64,000 nt of DNA from Eubacteriales bacterium (lineage in GTDB: Bacteria; Bacillota; Clostridia; Lachnospirales; JAVBJQ01), in contig JAVBJQ010000041.1 of assembly GCA_031546905.1 (NCBI GenBank), positions 39,102 to 103,101 of the forward strand. Reading direction: 5' to 3'. Numbering within the stretch: the first letter of the stretch is position 1; the number at the start of each line of letters is the position of its first letter. The notes under the pieces were generated by a model. It saw only the letters and a program-made list of their open reading frames with translations. It was not told the DNA's origin and did not search any database. Both the position numbers and the translations under genes were made by a program. Positions 1 to 9,704 of the stretch are shown here, in pieces.

Positions 1-681
1 TAGTTTTAAATTTCCTCTCATTTTTTCAAAATTCATCGTTCCACCAATTACAAGCAAAGCCAAAGGGCTTGCTAAATTTGCCATGTAATCAATAGAGATT
101 CCAATTGGTGTTGGAACTTTTATGGCAAAGAAAGAAAATGGTAAACCAAATACAACTGCAATAATAAGTGGATTTTTACATATATTGATGAGCGCTTTTT
201 TAATAGATGCGGAGCCTTTTTTATTAGAACGCATGGTTAGCACAATTACGGAAAAAACATTATAAATAGGAACTACCGATGATATAATTAAAGCACCTTT
301 AGCAGCATTTTCTGTTCCCACAATATTTCTTAAAAGAGAAAGTCCAATAATGGCATAGTTACTGCGAAAAGAACCTTGAACAAACGCACCGATCGAAGAT
401 TTTTCTTTAATAAATACTTCTGCGCAAATCCATGTTACGACAAAAGAAAGACAAGTTGCTGTAACCGCAAAAACCAGTAGATGTACATCAAAAAAAGATT
501 GAAACGTTGCCCGTGATATATCTCGAAACAAAAGCATTGGCAGGGCAAAATTAAATGCAATGGTATTGATACTTTTAAAAACTTGTTCGTTGGCAATGTT
601 TGTTTTTCGAATAAACCAACCTATAAAAATAATAATAAAAATTGGTACAACGCAGTTAAAGCTAAAAATTAAATTTTCCAA
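1..681 (-). CDS. AEC (auxin efflux carrier) family membrane transporter, C-terminal end lies beyond window edge
   Basis: Absent from the ORF track because it runs off the window. The reverse translation is an open multi-TM frame (LENLIFSFNCVVPIFIIIFIGWFIRK..NFALPMLLFRDI..GLSLLRN..LASPLALLVIGG), typical of AEC permeases. An AGGGGGA SD lies 5 nt upstream of in-frame TTG at 681; the alternative ATG at 726 has no SD. Confidence 0.7.
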   Translation of the reverse strand, partial: MENLIFSFNCVVPIFIIIFIGWFIRKTNIANEQVFKSINTIAFNFALPMLLFRDISRATFQSFFDVHLLVFAVTATCLSFVVTWICAEVFIKEKSSIGAFVQGSFRSNYAIIGLSLLRNIVGTENAAKGALIISSVVPIYNVFSVIVLTMRSNKKGSASIKKALINICKNPLIIAVVFGLPFSFFAIKVPTPIGISIDYMANLASPLALLVIGGTMNFEKMRGNLKL

Positions 682-884
682 CGAAATCCCCCTAGGCAAA
701 TTTTTGCGATGAATGTTATCTTCCATACTATAGTATTTTTTGAAAAAAACTGCTATCATTTATAAATAAAACAGACATCAAATCTTTCAACTTTCATATT
801 ATAATAAACTACAGCATTTTTTTCAAATCTATTTATAATTTACACCACATCACTCATCTACTGTTCAATTAAAGGAGGGTCATC

Positions 885-1550
885 ATGAGAAACATAACAT
901 TTAACGAAATAAAAAATAATTACGAATTTAATACCTATATTAAAGGTGGAAATAGCCTACTGGGTGTTTTAGGCTATACAGAACATTCGGTTGCCCACAG
1001 CACCAAAGTTGCCGAATCAGCAGCGTACATTTTAGAAAAACTGGGATATAGCGAAAGAGAAATTGAACTGGCAAAAATCGCTTCTTATATTCATGACATC
1101 GGAAACGCTATTAATCGAGTAAACCATTCTATTAATGGCGCTATTATGGCATTCACCCTACTTACAAAAATGGAAATGAACCCAGAAGAAATTGCCACTG
1201 TTATTGGCGCTATTGGAAATCATGATGAAGAAACAGGGCTTCCCATTAGTGCCGTTTCGGCGGCTCTCATACTGGGTGACAAAACAGATGTGAGAAGAAG
1301 CAGAGTTCGAGTGGCTGACCCATTAAAATTTGACATCCATGATAGGGTAAATTATGCAGTGGAAAAAACGTCTCTTGAAGTTGATGCAGAAATGAAAACC
1401 ATCCATTTTAAAATTCAAATTGATACAGAGCATTGTTCTGTACTTGATTATCTTGAAATATTTTTAGCCAGAATGTTGCTGTGCAAAAAGGCAGCTGAAT
1501 ATTTGAATACCCAATTTAAATTAACCATTAATAATGCTACTCTTTTATAA
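885..1550 (+). CDS. HD-domain metal-dependent phosphohydrolase
   Basis: 221-aa ORF with HSVAHS..YIHDIGN..GNHDEE motifs (H..HD..D pattern). AAAGGAGGG SD upstream of the ATG. Confidence 0.75.
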   Translation: MRNITFNEIKNNYEFNTYIKGGNSLLGVLGYTEHSVAHSTKVAESAAYILEKLGYSEREIELAKIASYIHDIGNAINRVNHSINGAIMAFTLLTKMEMNPEEIATVIGAIGNHDEETGLPISAVSAALILGDKTDVRRSRVRVADPLKFDIHDRVNYAVEKTSLEVDAEMKTIHFKIQIDTEHCSVLDYLEIFLARMLLCKKAAEYLNTQFKLTINNATLL

Positions 1551-1620
1551 AGGGTGGCATTTTTTTATGGTTTATGTCAGTATATGCTAATGATATAAAT
1601 TCCCATTTCATAAATAAAAT

Positions 1621-1649
1621 TTGATTTCTAAAAAAATAGTGTATATAAT
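1621..1649 (+). promoter_or_regulatory. sigma-A type promoter upstream of ispE leader
   Basis: TTGATT, 17-nt spacer, TATAAT, read directly from the sequence about 150 nt upstream of the ispE start. Confidence 0.4.
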
Positions 1650-1802
1650 ATTATGTATGAATTAATTCGGCTTCGATTTTATAGAAATTATTTTTATAAC
1701 CCTGTCGTCACCCTCGTGATTCAAAGGTGGAATGAAAATAGTTTCTATGTCCTTAAAACTGAATGAGATGAATGGCTATAAACTACATAAATAGGTGATA
1801 AA

Positions 1803-2672
1803 ATGAATCAAATTTACTTAAAGGCTCGAGCAAAAATAAATTTAACTTTGGATATCTTAGGCAAACGTGAAGATGGTTACCATGAAATACAAACTCTCAT
1901 GCAAACATTAAATTTATACGATTCACTTTTTATTCGAAAAATAGATAAACCAAATGTTAAACTTGTTACAAATATTTCATGGCTTCCCACTGACTCTAAT
2001 AATCTTATTTATAAGGCTGCTGAGTATATGAGAGAAGCTTATGATCTTAAACAAGGGCTTTTTATTCAATTAAGAAAAAATATTCCTGTCTCTGCTGGTC
2101 TTGCAGGTGGTAGTAGCGATTGTGCTGCCACTTTAATCGGAATTAAACATTTATTTGACTTACATATAAGTTATGATAAATTGCTTGAGATTGGAAAAAT
2201 ATTTGGAGCTGACGTTCCTTATTGCATTATGCGTGGTACTGCACTTGCAGAAGGCATTGGTGAGAAACTTACAAGGTTACCTAACTTTCCTTTTGCCTAT
2301 ATTGTGCTTGTAAAACCCCCTATTAGTGTTTCTACTGCTTATGTTTTTAAAAATTTTACCCAAGAAAATGTAACCCAACGCCCTGATATTGACCTATTAA
2401 TGCAAGGGATCCACAACAATGATATTCGAACAATATCCCAAAATTTATGTAACGTTCTTGAGTCTGTCACTGAAACAAAATATCCCATCATAACAGAAAT
2501 TAAAAACACGCTGATGGAAGAACACGCACTAGGAGCTTTAATGAGTGGAAGCGGTCCTACAGTCTATGGTATTTTTACTAAAAAAAGTAGCGCACTTGCC
2601 GCTTACAAAGTGATAAAATCGAAATTTAATATAAACGATGTTTTTTTAACCACTGTTTTTAATGTATTATAA
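1803..2672 (+). CDS. ispE: 4-diphosphocytidyl-2-C-methyl-D-erythritol kinase
   Basis: 289 aa. N-terminal KARAKINLTLDILGKREDGYHEIQTLMQ and the GHMP kinase motif PVSAGLAGGSSDCAA are characteristic of IspE. Confidence 0.95.
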   Translation: MNQIYLKARAKINLTLDILGKREDGYHEIQTLMQTLNLYDSLFIRKIDKPNVKLVTNISWLPTDSNNLIYKAAEYMREAYDLKQGLFIQLRKNIPVSAGLAGGSSDCAATLIGIKHLFDLHISYDKLLEIGKIFGADVPYCIMRGTALAEGIGEKLTRLPNFPFAYIVLVKPPISVSTAYVFKNFTQENVTQRPDIDLLMQGIHNNDIRTISQNLCNVLESVTETKYPIITEIKNTLMEEHALGALMSGSGPTVYGIFTKKSSALAAYKVIKSKFNINDVFLTTVFNVL

Positions 2673-2732
2673 ATATGTGATATTGTATATTCCTGTGTTT
2701 CCAAGAACGCTACTACAAAAAGGGGCTACTAT

Positions 2733-3413
2733 ATGAATGACTTTTTAAAAGTAAATAAAAATGAATACTTGCCGTTGCGTGATGTAGTTTTTAACACTAT
2801 CCGTGATGCTATTTTAGAAGATTTGCTTAAACCTGGTGAACGACTTACAGAAAAAAATTTATCAGACCGAATTGGTGTAAGCCGAACCCCCATCCGAGAA
2901 GCTTTAAGAAAACTAGAACTAGAAGGTTTTGTGGAGATTTTGCCAAGAAAAGGTGCAGTAGTTTCAAAAATATCTGAAAAAGACGTAGAGAATGTGTTAG
3001 AAATTAGAGAAGCCCTTGAATATCTTGCAGTGCAACTTGCCTGTATTCATATGACAGATGCAGATATTGCACAATTAAAAAATGCAAAAGATAACTTTGA
3101 AGATGCTTACGAAACAATTGATTCCGATCTACTTGCCCAAAAAGACGAAGCTTTTCATAAAATAATTTTGGAGTCAACCAAAAATGAAAAACTGGTTCTT
3201 ATTATTAATAATCTGAGAGAATACATATATCGGTATCGTTTAACCTATTTAAGAGATAAAAGCTACCGTAAAAAAATAGTGACAGAACATCAAAAAATTT
3301 ATGAGGCACTGGAAAAAAGAGATATCAAAGCCTCTCAAAAAACCATTACTGAACATATCGAAAATCAGAAAAAACAATTATTATCTCATATTAATTTAAA
3401 AAGGAGTCATTAA
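2733..3413 (+). CDS. GntR/FadR-family transcriptional regulator (winged HTH + FCD domain)
   Basis: LSDRIGVSRTPIREALRKLELEGFVEILPRKGAVV HTH signature followed by a helical C-terminal domain. Confidence 0.9.
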   Translation: MNDFLKVNKNEYLPLRDVVFNTIRDAILEDLLKPGERLTEKNLSDRIGVSRTPIREALRKLELEGFVEILPRKGAVVSKISEKDVENVLEIREALEYLAVQLACIHMTDADIAQLKNAKDNFEDAYETIDSDLLAQKDEAFHKIILESTKNEKLVLIINNLREYIYRYRLTYLRDKSYRKKIVTEHQKIYEALEKRDIKASQKTITEHIENQKKQLLSHINLKRSH

Positions 3414-3415
3414 TT

Positions 3416-4255
3416 ATGTTGCAATTAGGGGTACGTGCTCACGATTTAGGAAAACATACGCTTCTTTCACTGGCAGAAGCACTTCAAGAAAAAAACATAA
3501 AGTACATTCAGCTAGCTCCCAAAAAAGTTTTTACGGACACAGACATTTCTTATGGAAAATTTAGTCCAGCTTTTGCTGAACATATTGGGGAAACGTTAAG
3601 AAGTCATGGAGTTCATGTTCCCATTTTAGGATGTTACATCAACCCAATTCACCAAGACCGAGATGTTAGAAAACGAGAAATAGACACGTTCAAAGAAAAC
3701 TTAAAGTATGCAAAATTTATGGGTGCTGGCATGGTTGGCACAGAAACAGGTTATTGGGGAAAAGAAGGTATTTATGATCCTTTTACTTATACAGAAGGTG
3801 CCTATAAGATTTTTCTTGAAACCATGAAAGAATTAGCTGATTACGCTGAAAAGCTGGGCGTCATGATTGGGGTGGAGGCAGTTACGGTTCACACTCTTTA
3901 TTCCCCTGAAATGATGATGAAATTTTTGGAGGACATCAATTCACCTAATGTTCAAGTTATTTTTGACCCTGTGAACTTAATTAATGCTAAAAACCATGAG
4001 AACCAAGGTGAAATGATTGATACGGTTATGAAGTTGTATGGTGAAAGAGTTGCCGCTATTCATTTGAAAGATTGCCGTATTGAAGAAAACACTGTTGTTG
4101 CAGAGGTAATTGGGGATGGTATTTTGGACTATCAGAAATTATTTTCTGTTTTAAAAGCGAAAAAACCATTTATACATATGTTCACAGAAGCCATGAAACC
4201 CGAAAATTATGAAAAAGTGTGGAGCTTCCTCCATGAAACTTATGATAATGTGTAA
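3416..4255 (+). CDS. sugar phosphate isomerase/epimerase (xylose isomerase-like TIM barrel)
   Basis: 279 aa, starting 2 nt after the GntR stop. Pattern of GVRAHD..GVEA..IHLKD resembles AP-endonuclease-2/xylose-isomerase-like TIM barrel proteins. Confidence 0.75.
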   Translation: MLQLGVRAHDLGKHTLLSLAEALQEKNIKYIQLAPKKVFTDTDISYGKFSPAFAEHIGETLRSHGVHVPILGCYINPIHQDRDVRKREIDTFKENLKYAKFMGAGMVGTETGYWGKEGIYDPFTYTEGAYKIFLETMKELADYAEKLGVMIGVEAVTVHTLYSPEMMMKFLEDINSPNVQVIFDPVNLINAKNHENQGEMIDTVMKLYGERVAAIHLKDCRIEENTVVAEVIGDGILDYQKLFSVLKAKKPFIHMFTEAMKPENYEKVWSFLHETYDNV

Positions 4256-4275
4256 GATAAATGAGTCACAAAAAA

Positions 4276-4316
4276 ATAGACCGTTAAAGCCTTTACGCTT
4301 TAACGGTCTATTTTTC
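4276..4316. terminator. bidirectional rho-independent terminator
   Basis: Perfect 15-bp stem ATAGACCGTTAAAGC / GCTTTAACGGTCTAT with a 6-nt loop. An A-run precedes it and a T-run follows. It sits between convergent genes. Confidence 0.8.
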
Positions 4317-4430
4317 ATAAATAATTTGTAAACCAATCCCGCCTTCAAGCGGTTGTGTAGGAGAGAGTGTTATTCACACCCTATTCTTATTATACGCACA
4401 TGATGAATTATTTATTCCTTGTCGGGTTTG

Positions 4431-4901
4431 TTATTTCTTTTTCTGCTGAGAATTTATAAAATCAAGTATTTTTAAAATACTTTGATTTTGTTGTTCTTCT
4501 CTCGTTATTATTGCAGTTCCATCCCCATCTTGCTCTCCATAATTACCAAAATAAGCATGATTTCCGCCTGCAATCTCAACTTTATCTTTCACATCCTCAA
4601 GCTTTGAGCGATTTAAAACACCATCTTCGCTACCATAGATTACAATCGTCGGCAGTGAAGCGGTATTAACAGAATAAGCACCTAGCAGAATCAAGCCTAA
4701 AACTTTATCAATATGTTTATTGGCATAGGAGCTTGCCATTGCACCACCTAATGAATGACCACCAATATACCATTTCTGTATTTCTGGGAACTTTTCAATT
4801 ACAGAATCCCCACGATTTACTCCAAAGACAGCGAGATTAAATGGCATTTTGACAAGCACACAAGTGATTCCGTTTTCAGCTTGAAGCAGTGGACTTTCAA
4901 A
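4431..4901 (-). pseudogene. 5'-truncated alpha/beta-hydrolase (C-terminal half only)
   Basis: Contains the nucleophile elbow GGHSLGGAMAS and the C-terminal IYGSEDGVLN..GGNHAYF. The frame is open only back to 4901 (..FESPLLQAENGITCVLVKMPFNLAVF). No SD or N-terminal region is present, and homology begins mid-protein 25 nt from the stop of the neighbouring giant ORF. Confidence 0.7.
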
Positions 4902-4926
4902 TTAATTCTAGTCACCTCAAAATATC

Positions 4927-7900
4927 TTAGTCATTAATTTGTTTTCTCTTTCCTATCAATTTTCCTATTTCATTTAAATAGAACATTCCAGATATATGCG
5001 GCATACTGTAACTCTTCTGGGATGAAAAATTGTCAGTAATAATTCCTTTTTCTCCCAGTATTGTCCAAAAAATACTATACCCACTTTCATTAAGATATTC
5101 AAATAAACGATTTTTATCAATAAAGAATCCTATGTCTTCATTTAGAAGCTCCATGCTATCAAAACATATTATCAAATTATTTTGATCATATAAAATCGAA
5201 TCCTCCTTTCCATACTTCATTTTTAAACAATTAAATAGTTCGCCACATGGCTTGTACCACATACAGCTGCTTTCTTCTCCAAGTGTATCCCCATCTCGCT
5301 CGGTCAGATATTTAAAAGTAGGAATTAGGACTTTACCAAGGTTTGCATACTTTTTCTCACGAAAGTTATCAATATCAACCCATTCTTCACCACAATAATA
5401 TGGGTTTTCAAAGAAGCTGTATCCTTCAGACCAATAATACTCTTTATTATAAAGTTGATGGTAATCCCTTGGCTCTGGCATCCATCGCCCCATAAAATCA
5501 GCATCTGAAAGTTTTGTTATTAATTCATCAAGTTGTTCTTTTTTCACAATATAACTATTTACCTGAACCCACATATTTTTTAAAGGATTCTGATATTTTT
5601 TATCTCCAAGAGCCTTTTCTTCTGTCCACGAATACTGACCATTCAACAAGATAAAGTCTCTGCTATTATAATGAATGTTCATTAATTTCTCTATGTCTGG
5701 TAAATCATTAAATTTCTTTAACCATTCGCTATGTTCTTGCTTGGGTATCTTATAAAGTTGCTGGTGAACAGATTTTTTACAACTACTTCTTTCAGTTTTA
5801 GTTAAGGATATTGTAGGGTCAATATTCCTAACATTAGGTTCAAACGAGCCTTTACAATAGACCTTATTTTTAGTTCCACGAGCATCCACATATATCTGCA
5901 TTTTATAGTTATCACTTACCTGTGCTGCTAACTCAAAAAATGCAATCCATTGATATTTTTTGCCTATTCTTTCTTTGGTATTGTTAATCGTTCTTCCACT
6001 ACCTCTATGTCTATCATATTGCCCATGCTTTTCAGCATCATATCCTAGATCAAAAATCTTTTTAATTGCAATATTTTTCAAATCCATTGGGTCTAGTTGT
6101 TTCCAGTTGCTAAAATAACTCTGAAATGTATACCTGCCGAAATCACCATACCCCCCTGGTGAACCATCTCGAGAATATTCCACCTTCATTGAGCTTAAAA
6201 TAGAATTTTGCCCCCAATAATAATCTTTAAAACCTTTATCTTTATGGTCATATTTGTATTTTTTTACCTCATCATCAGATGGAATGTTGGGGAATATAGA
6301 TTTATAAGGAGGAGTCACTTTTGTCATATCAATATCCAATTCGCTTAATCTATACTCCGCATAATCAATGATATTCTTAGCATAATCACGGAGTAAAATA
6401 TTCGGATAAACAAATTCTCTATTAAAGATAGCCTTATATACATATTTTGCAAGCAAAGTTAGTTGGGAATTATTCGTTTCGGATACTGAACACCCAAATG
6501 CAACCGCATATAAACGCTCAGCAACATAAGGATCGTCAACATCTCTAAATTTTTGCAATACTTGTATTAGTATTTCAACATGACCTTCTAATAGAGCTAC
6601 CATTGCTTTAGTACTCTTGTCACGCAAATGCCGATTTGAAGAAATCAAAAAAATAGATATCATTAATGCTGCAAGTCTAATGGCATCATCAGAAATTTTA
6701 TAATTTACTTTAGTTGATAAACACCAGTCTAGTATTCTATTTATAGAGGAGCCTTGATTATCAAAAAAAATATCAAACATAGGAATAAATAAAGCATCTC
6801 TGTCAGGCATGGATATTCCTAAAATAAAATCAACTGTCATGTCTGCGTTAAAAACAAACTCACTTTTTGTAGAAACCAGAATCAATGTTTCAATAAATTG
6901 TTCAAAAATATTACTATTACCTTTCATAATATATTTGTTGATATAATTAATAGTTTTCTCGTTAACAGAGTTTGAACTTCTCCACTTTAGACTCTCAATA
7001 AATGCACATTTCACTGCCTCATGTTCAGGTGCAAATATATCAAATATTTCGTAATCGGTATCTTCTGTAGCACAGATAGCCAAGCATCCCAATATATCCC
7101 TGTAATGAATGAGTCGAGCATATTTTTTCGCAAACACTTTGATATCATTTTGCAACTCTTGAATGAGTATTTTAGAATATAAGTAATCCTCTAGCTTTTC
7201 ATATGTTATAAACAGATACTCTTCGTCTTCATAATTTATATTTTGTGTCAATACTCCTTCTGAAAGCAATTGTTCCAAAAGATCAGATTGGCAATTGTAT
7301 TTATTTTGTATTTTAAGAATCACTTCAAACATATCTTGTAAAGGTATAAAATTGCCTCCAGAACCTTTTTCATATTTATATTTTATAATTTCATTAATTA
7401 CTTCTCTAATAACTTTATAACGATGATTATATCCACAATTCTCTGCTATCCTTTGATTTATTGCCTCTAAATAATTATTAAAAACCTCAGACAATGAAAT
7501 TTCATCTATATTTATTGAATGATTTCTGTGTCCTTCACAAAACAGTCTTAAAAACAGTGGATTACCAAATTCGTGATTTGCAAATGGAACATCAGAAAAA
7601 ACAATACCATAAAACTCAAAATATTTTTTTACCGCTATATACTCAAGGGATTTAAAGCCACTATGAGTTATCATAACTAGTTCATTACGTAAATCCTCAC
7701 TACCGTTTAGCAAAATCTCTGTGTATTCAGAGCGAATTGTGATTACAAGTCCTATCCATTGGAATTTTTTGATTTTTTCAATAATACCTGCTAAATAATT
7801 TTTCCAAATTGACTTACCGTTACCTTCATTCAAAGCATCAATAAAAATTATGATTCTTGATTGTTGTTCCTGTGCGATAGAATTTATTTGTTCTAAGAAA

Positions 7901-9003
7901 GAATCCACCTCTAATTTTACACCGAGGAAACTTATCATTTCGTTTAATGGTGGTACATATCCTTTAAAATGTTGTCCCAAAAATAGCAAAGATTTATTAT
8001 TGTTAGCAATCCTTCTTTCAATAGCATCTGCAAGCAAATGAGATTTACCAATTCCACCTTCTCCGTCAATTAAAATGTAAGGTTGATTAACCGCTCTAAC
8101 CTCTGGTGAATCTAAATATTCAATATACTCCTCAACAGAACTATATGCTTCTCTGACTGAATATAGTTTATCTCTAAGGCCACTGCTATTTCTGTCTTGA
8201 TTTATCTTTGAATTTAAATCTATCATTTCTTTATTAAGAATAGAAAATATATCCTCTAGCAATAGCCGTATTGTGCTAATATCTAAATGAGTATCTTTAT
8301 CAGCTAGAAAGATAGTCATTACTTCTGTAACTTTGTCAATTAGGCATTTTAATCCGTCAATATGTAATGATTTTATTTTTACTATTGCGTTATCACTCTT
8401 ATCTTTGAAACGATGATAAAAATCATCATTTTTCGCCAATCCATCAAATACTTTGCTAGTTTCGGTGGAGATATTTAAGTCAGGAATGTATCTGTTTCCA
8501 AGATTCTTTATTTGCTCACGATTCTGTCTTGTAAACCATTCATCTGATAAACTTGTCCAAGTCTGAGTATGAATAGTTTTATGGATAGCTAAAAGCTCAT
8601 TTTTTATGGTATTTAAATCATTTTGAGCGACTCCGAACATTCCTTGTATGTTTTCAATCTCAAACTTATTTTGCATAAGCACATAGAATATTGCTCGATC
8701 ACTTGGCTGAATATTTATATATATAAAATCCTTCGTTTTATTTAAAATTGTTATCAAGAACTCATTAACCAGTTTGGTATCAAGAATAGAAATTTTAAGT
8801 TCATTATTTTCTAATGTGTAAATTAATTGACTCTGCATTTCAGTTAAGTAAGTTTTTTCATCAATAGTTTCATTAGATATTTTTAGTACATATTCAAAAA
8901 TTCGAATGATAAGTTTATGATTTGTAATGTAGCCGCAAAACTTTCCAGTTGTTACTATTGTTCCACGGCTCTTTTTTTCAAATTCATCGACCCATTTTAA
9001 CAA
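4927..9003 (-). CDS. giant STAND/NACHT-like P-loop NTPase (candidate NLR-type defence protein)
   Basis: 1358-aa ORF. Walker A is ILIDGEGGIGKSHLL (near 8041-8075), Walker B is RIIIFIDALNEG, followed by WIGLVITIRSEY and GNPLFLRLFCEG (NACHT/STAND-like signature). The ~300-aa N-terminal and ~650-aa C-terminal regions have no motif I recognise. The frame stays open to 9126, with a GGAGGG SD at 9117-9122, so the real start is probably upstream of TTG 9003. Confidence 0.8.
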   Translation of the reverse strand: MLKWVDEFEKKSRGTIVTTGKFCGYITNHKLIIRIFEYVLKISNETIDEKTYLTEMQSQLIYTLENNELKISILDTKLVNEFLITILNKTKDFIYINIQPSDRAIFYVLMQNKFEIENIQGMFGVAQNDLNTIKNELLAIHKTIHTQTWTSLSDEWFTRQNREQIKNLGNRYIPDLNISTETSKVFDGLAKNDDFYHRFKDKSDNAIVKIKSLHIDGLKCLIDKVTEVMTIFLADKDTHLDISTIRLLLEDIFSILNKEMIDLNSKINQDRNSSGLRDKLYSVREAYSSVEEYIEYLDSPEVRAVNQPYILIDGEGGIGKSHLLADAIERRIANNNKSLLFLGQHFKGYVPPLNEMISFLGVKLEVDSFLEQINSIAQEQQSRIIIFIDALNEGNGKSIWKNYLAGIIEKIKKFQWIGLVITIRSEYTEILLNGSEDLRNELVMITHSGFKSLEYIAVKKYFEFYGIVFSDVPFANHEFGNPLFLRLFCEGHRNHSINIDEISLSEVFNNYLEAINQRIAENCGYNHRYKVIREVINEIIKYKYEKGSGGNFIPLQDMFEVILKIQNKYNCQSDLLEQLLSEGVLTQNINYEDEEYLFITYEKLEDYLYSKILIQELQNDIKVFAKKYARLIHYRDILGCLAICATEDTDYEIFDIFAPEHEAVKCAFIESLKWRSSNSVNEKTINYINKYIMKGNSNIFEQFIETLILVSTKSEFVFNADMTVDFILGISMPDRDALFIPMFDIFFDNQGSSINRILDWCLSTKVNYKISDDAIRLAALMISIFLISSNRHLRDKSTKAMVALLEGHVEILIQVLQKFRDVDDPYVAERLYAVAFGCSVSETNNSQLTLLAKYVYKAIFNREFVYPNILLRDYAKNIIDYAEYRLSELDIDMTKVTPPYKSIFPNIPSDDEVKKYKYDHKDKGFKDYYWGQNSILSSMKVEYSRDGSPGGYGDFGRYTFQSYFSNWKQLDPMDLKNIAIKKIFDLGYDAEKHGQYDRHRGSGRTINNTKERIGKKYQWIAFFELAAQVSDNYKMQIYVDARGTKNKVYCKGSFEPNVRNIDPTISLTKTERSSCKKSVHQQLYKIPKQEHSEWLKKFNDLPDIEKLMNIHYNSRDFILLNGQYSWTEEKALGDKKYQNPLKNMWVQVNSYIVKKEQLDELITKLSDADFMGRWMPEPRDYHQLYNKEYYWSEGYSFFENPYYCGEEWVDIDNFREKKYANLGKVLIPTFKYLTERDGDTLGEESSCMWYKPCGELFNCLKMKYGKEDSILYDQNNLIICFDSMELLNEDIGFFIDKNRLFEYLNESGYSIFWTILGEKGIITDNFSSQKSYSMPHISGMFYLNEIGKLIGKRKQIND

Positions 9004-9371
9004 CTCGTCTTGAAATTTTTGAATCGCTTTCTTATCTTTCCAGATTGCTATACCATCAAATAGAAAACTGGAAAATACATTTGTAATTATTCCTACTAAA
9101 GTTTCTATAATGACATCCCTCCATATTCTTCATGTTAGAATTATACTATACAAACAGGACAAATGCATGAAAAAAATAAGAAGAAGGAAGAAAAAATGAT
9201 ATAATCAAGTAAAAAAAGTTGTGTCAAAGAATGGAAGAAATATTTATATTTTTGGAAAGTATAGTAGACGACTGGCAAGAAATAGAGATATTCCGACAAA
9301 ATAATGACGAACTTCTGAAACGGTATGTACCACTAGAAACGGGATACCGTCACATGATATACTCGACGCAC

Positions 9372-9688
9372 TTAAAAACACTCAATAAGAACATCGTCTA
9401 AAGAAGAGAATTGAGGAAGGGATTTTACGCAATTGACGCTTAAGCTAACTCCAATATTTTTCTATAGGATTTAACTCTGGAGAGATGGTGGCAAAAACAT
9501 TAAGAGAGTCTAAGCTTTTTAGTAAGCAAAGTAAGCCTACTTTTTCTATGAAAAGAGGCATTATCCATCATGATGACAGATTGTTTAGGAAGGACTGGTA
9601 AAAGTTTTGTTTCAAACCAAGTTTCAAAAAGTGTGCTATTCATTGTACCATTATACTGTAGAGGAGAAACGATTTCTTGCCCGAATTG
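9372..9688 (-). mobile_element. IS630/Tc1-mariner family transposase relic (C-terminal DDE_3 portion, frameshifted, 5'-truncated)
   Basis: Reverse translation gives GQEIVSPLQYNGTMNSTLFETWFETKLLPVLPKQSVIMMDNASFHRK.., then (stop/frameshift) ..SPELNPIEKYWS*LKRQLRK, then (frameshift) SLDDVLIECF*. This is the conserved IS630 C-terminus broken by stops. No N-terminal half is present. Confidence 0.75.
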
Positions 9689-9704
9689 TGAGAACTATAT
9701 AGAT

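Noticed and set aside
9219-9401. 60-aa plus-strand ORF between the NTPase gene and the IS630 relic
   Set aside because: No SD. It starts at a TTG, and its 3' end is antisense to the transposase relic. It could be IS-end sequence. There is not enough support to call a gene.
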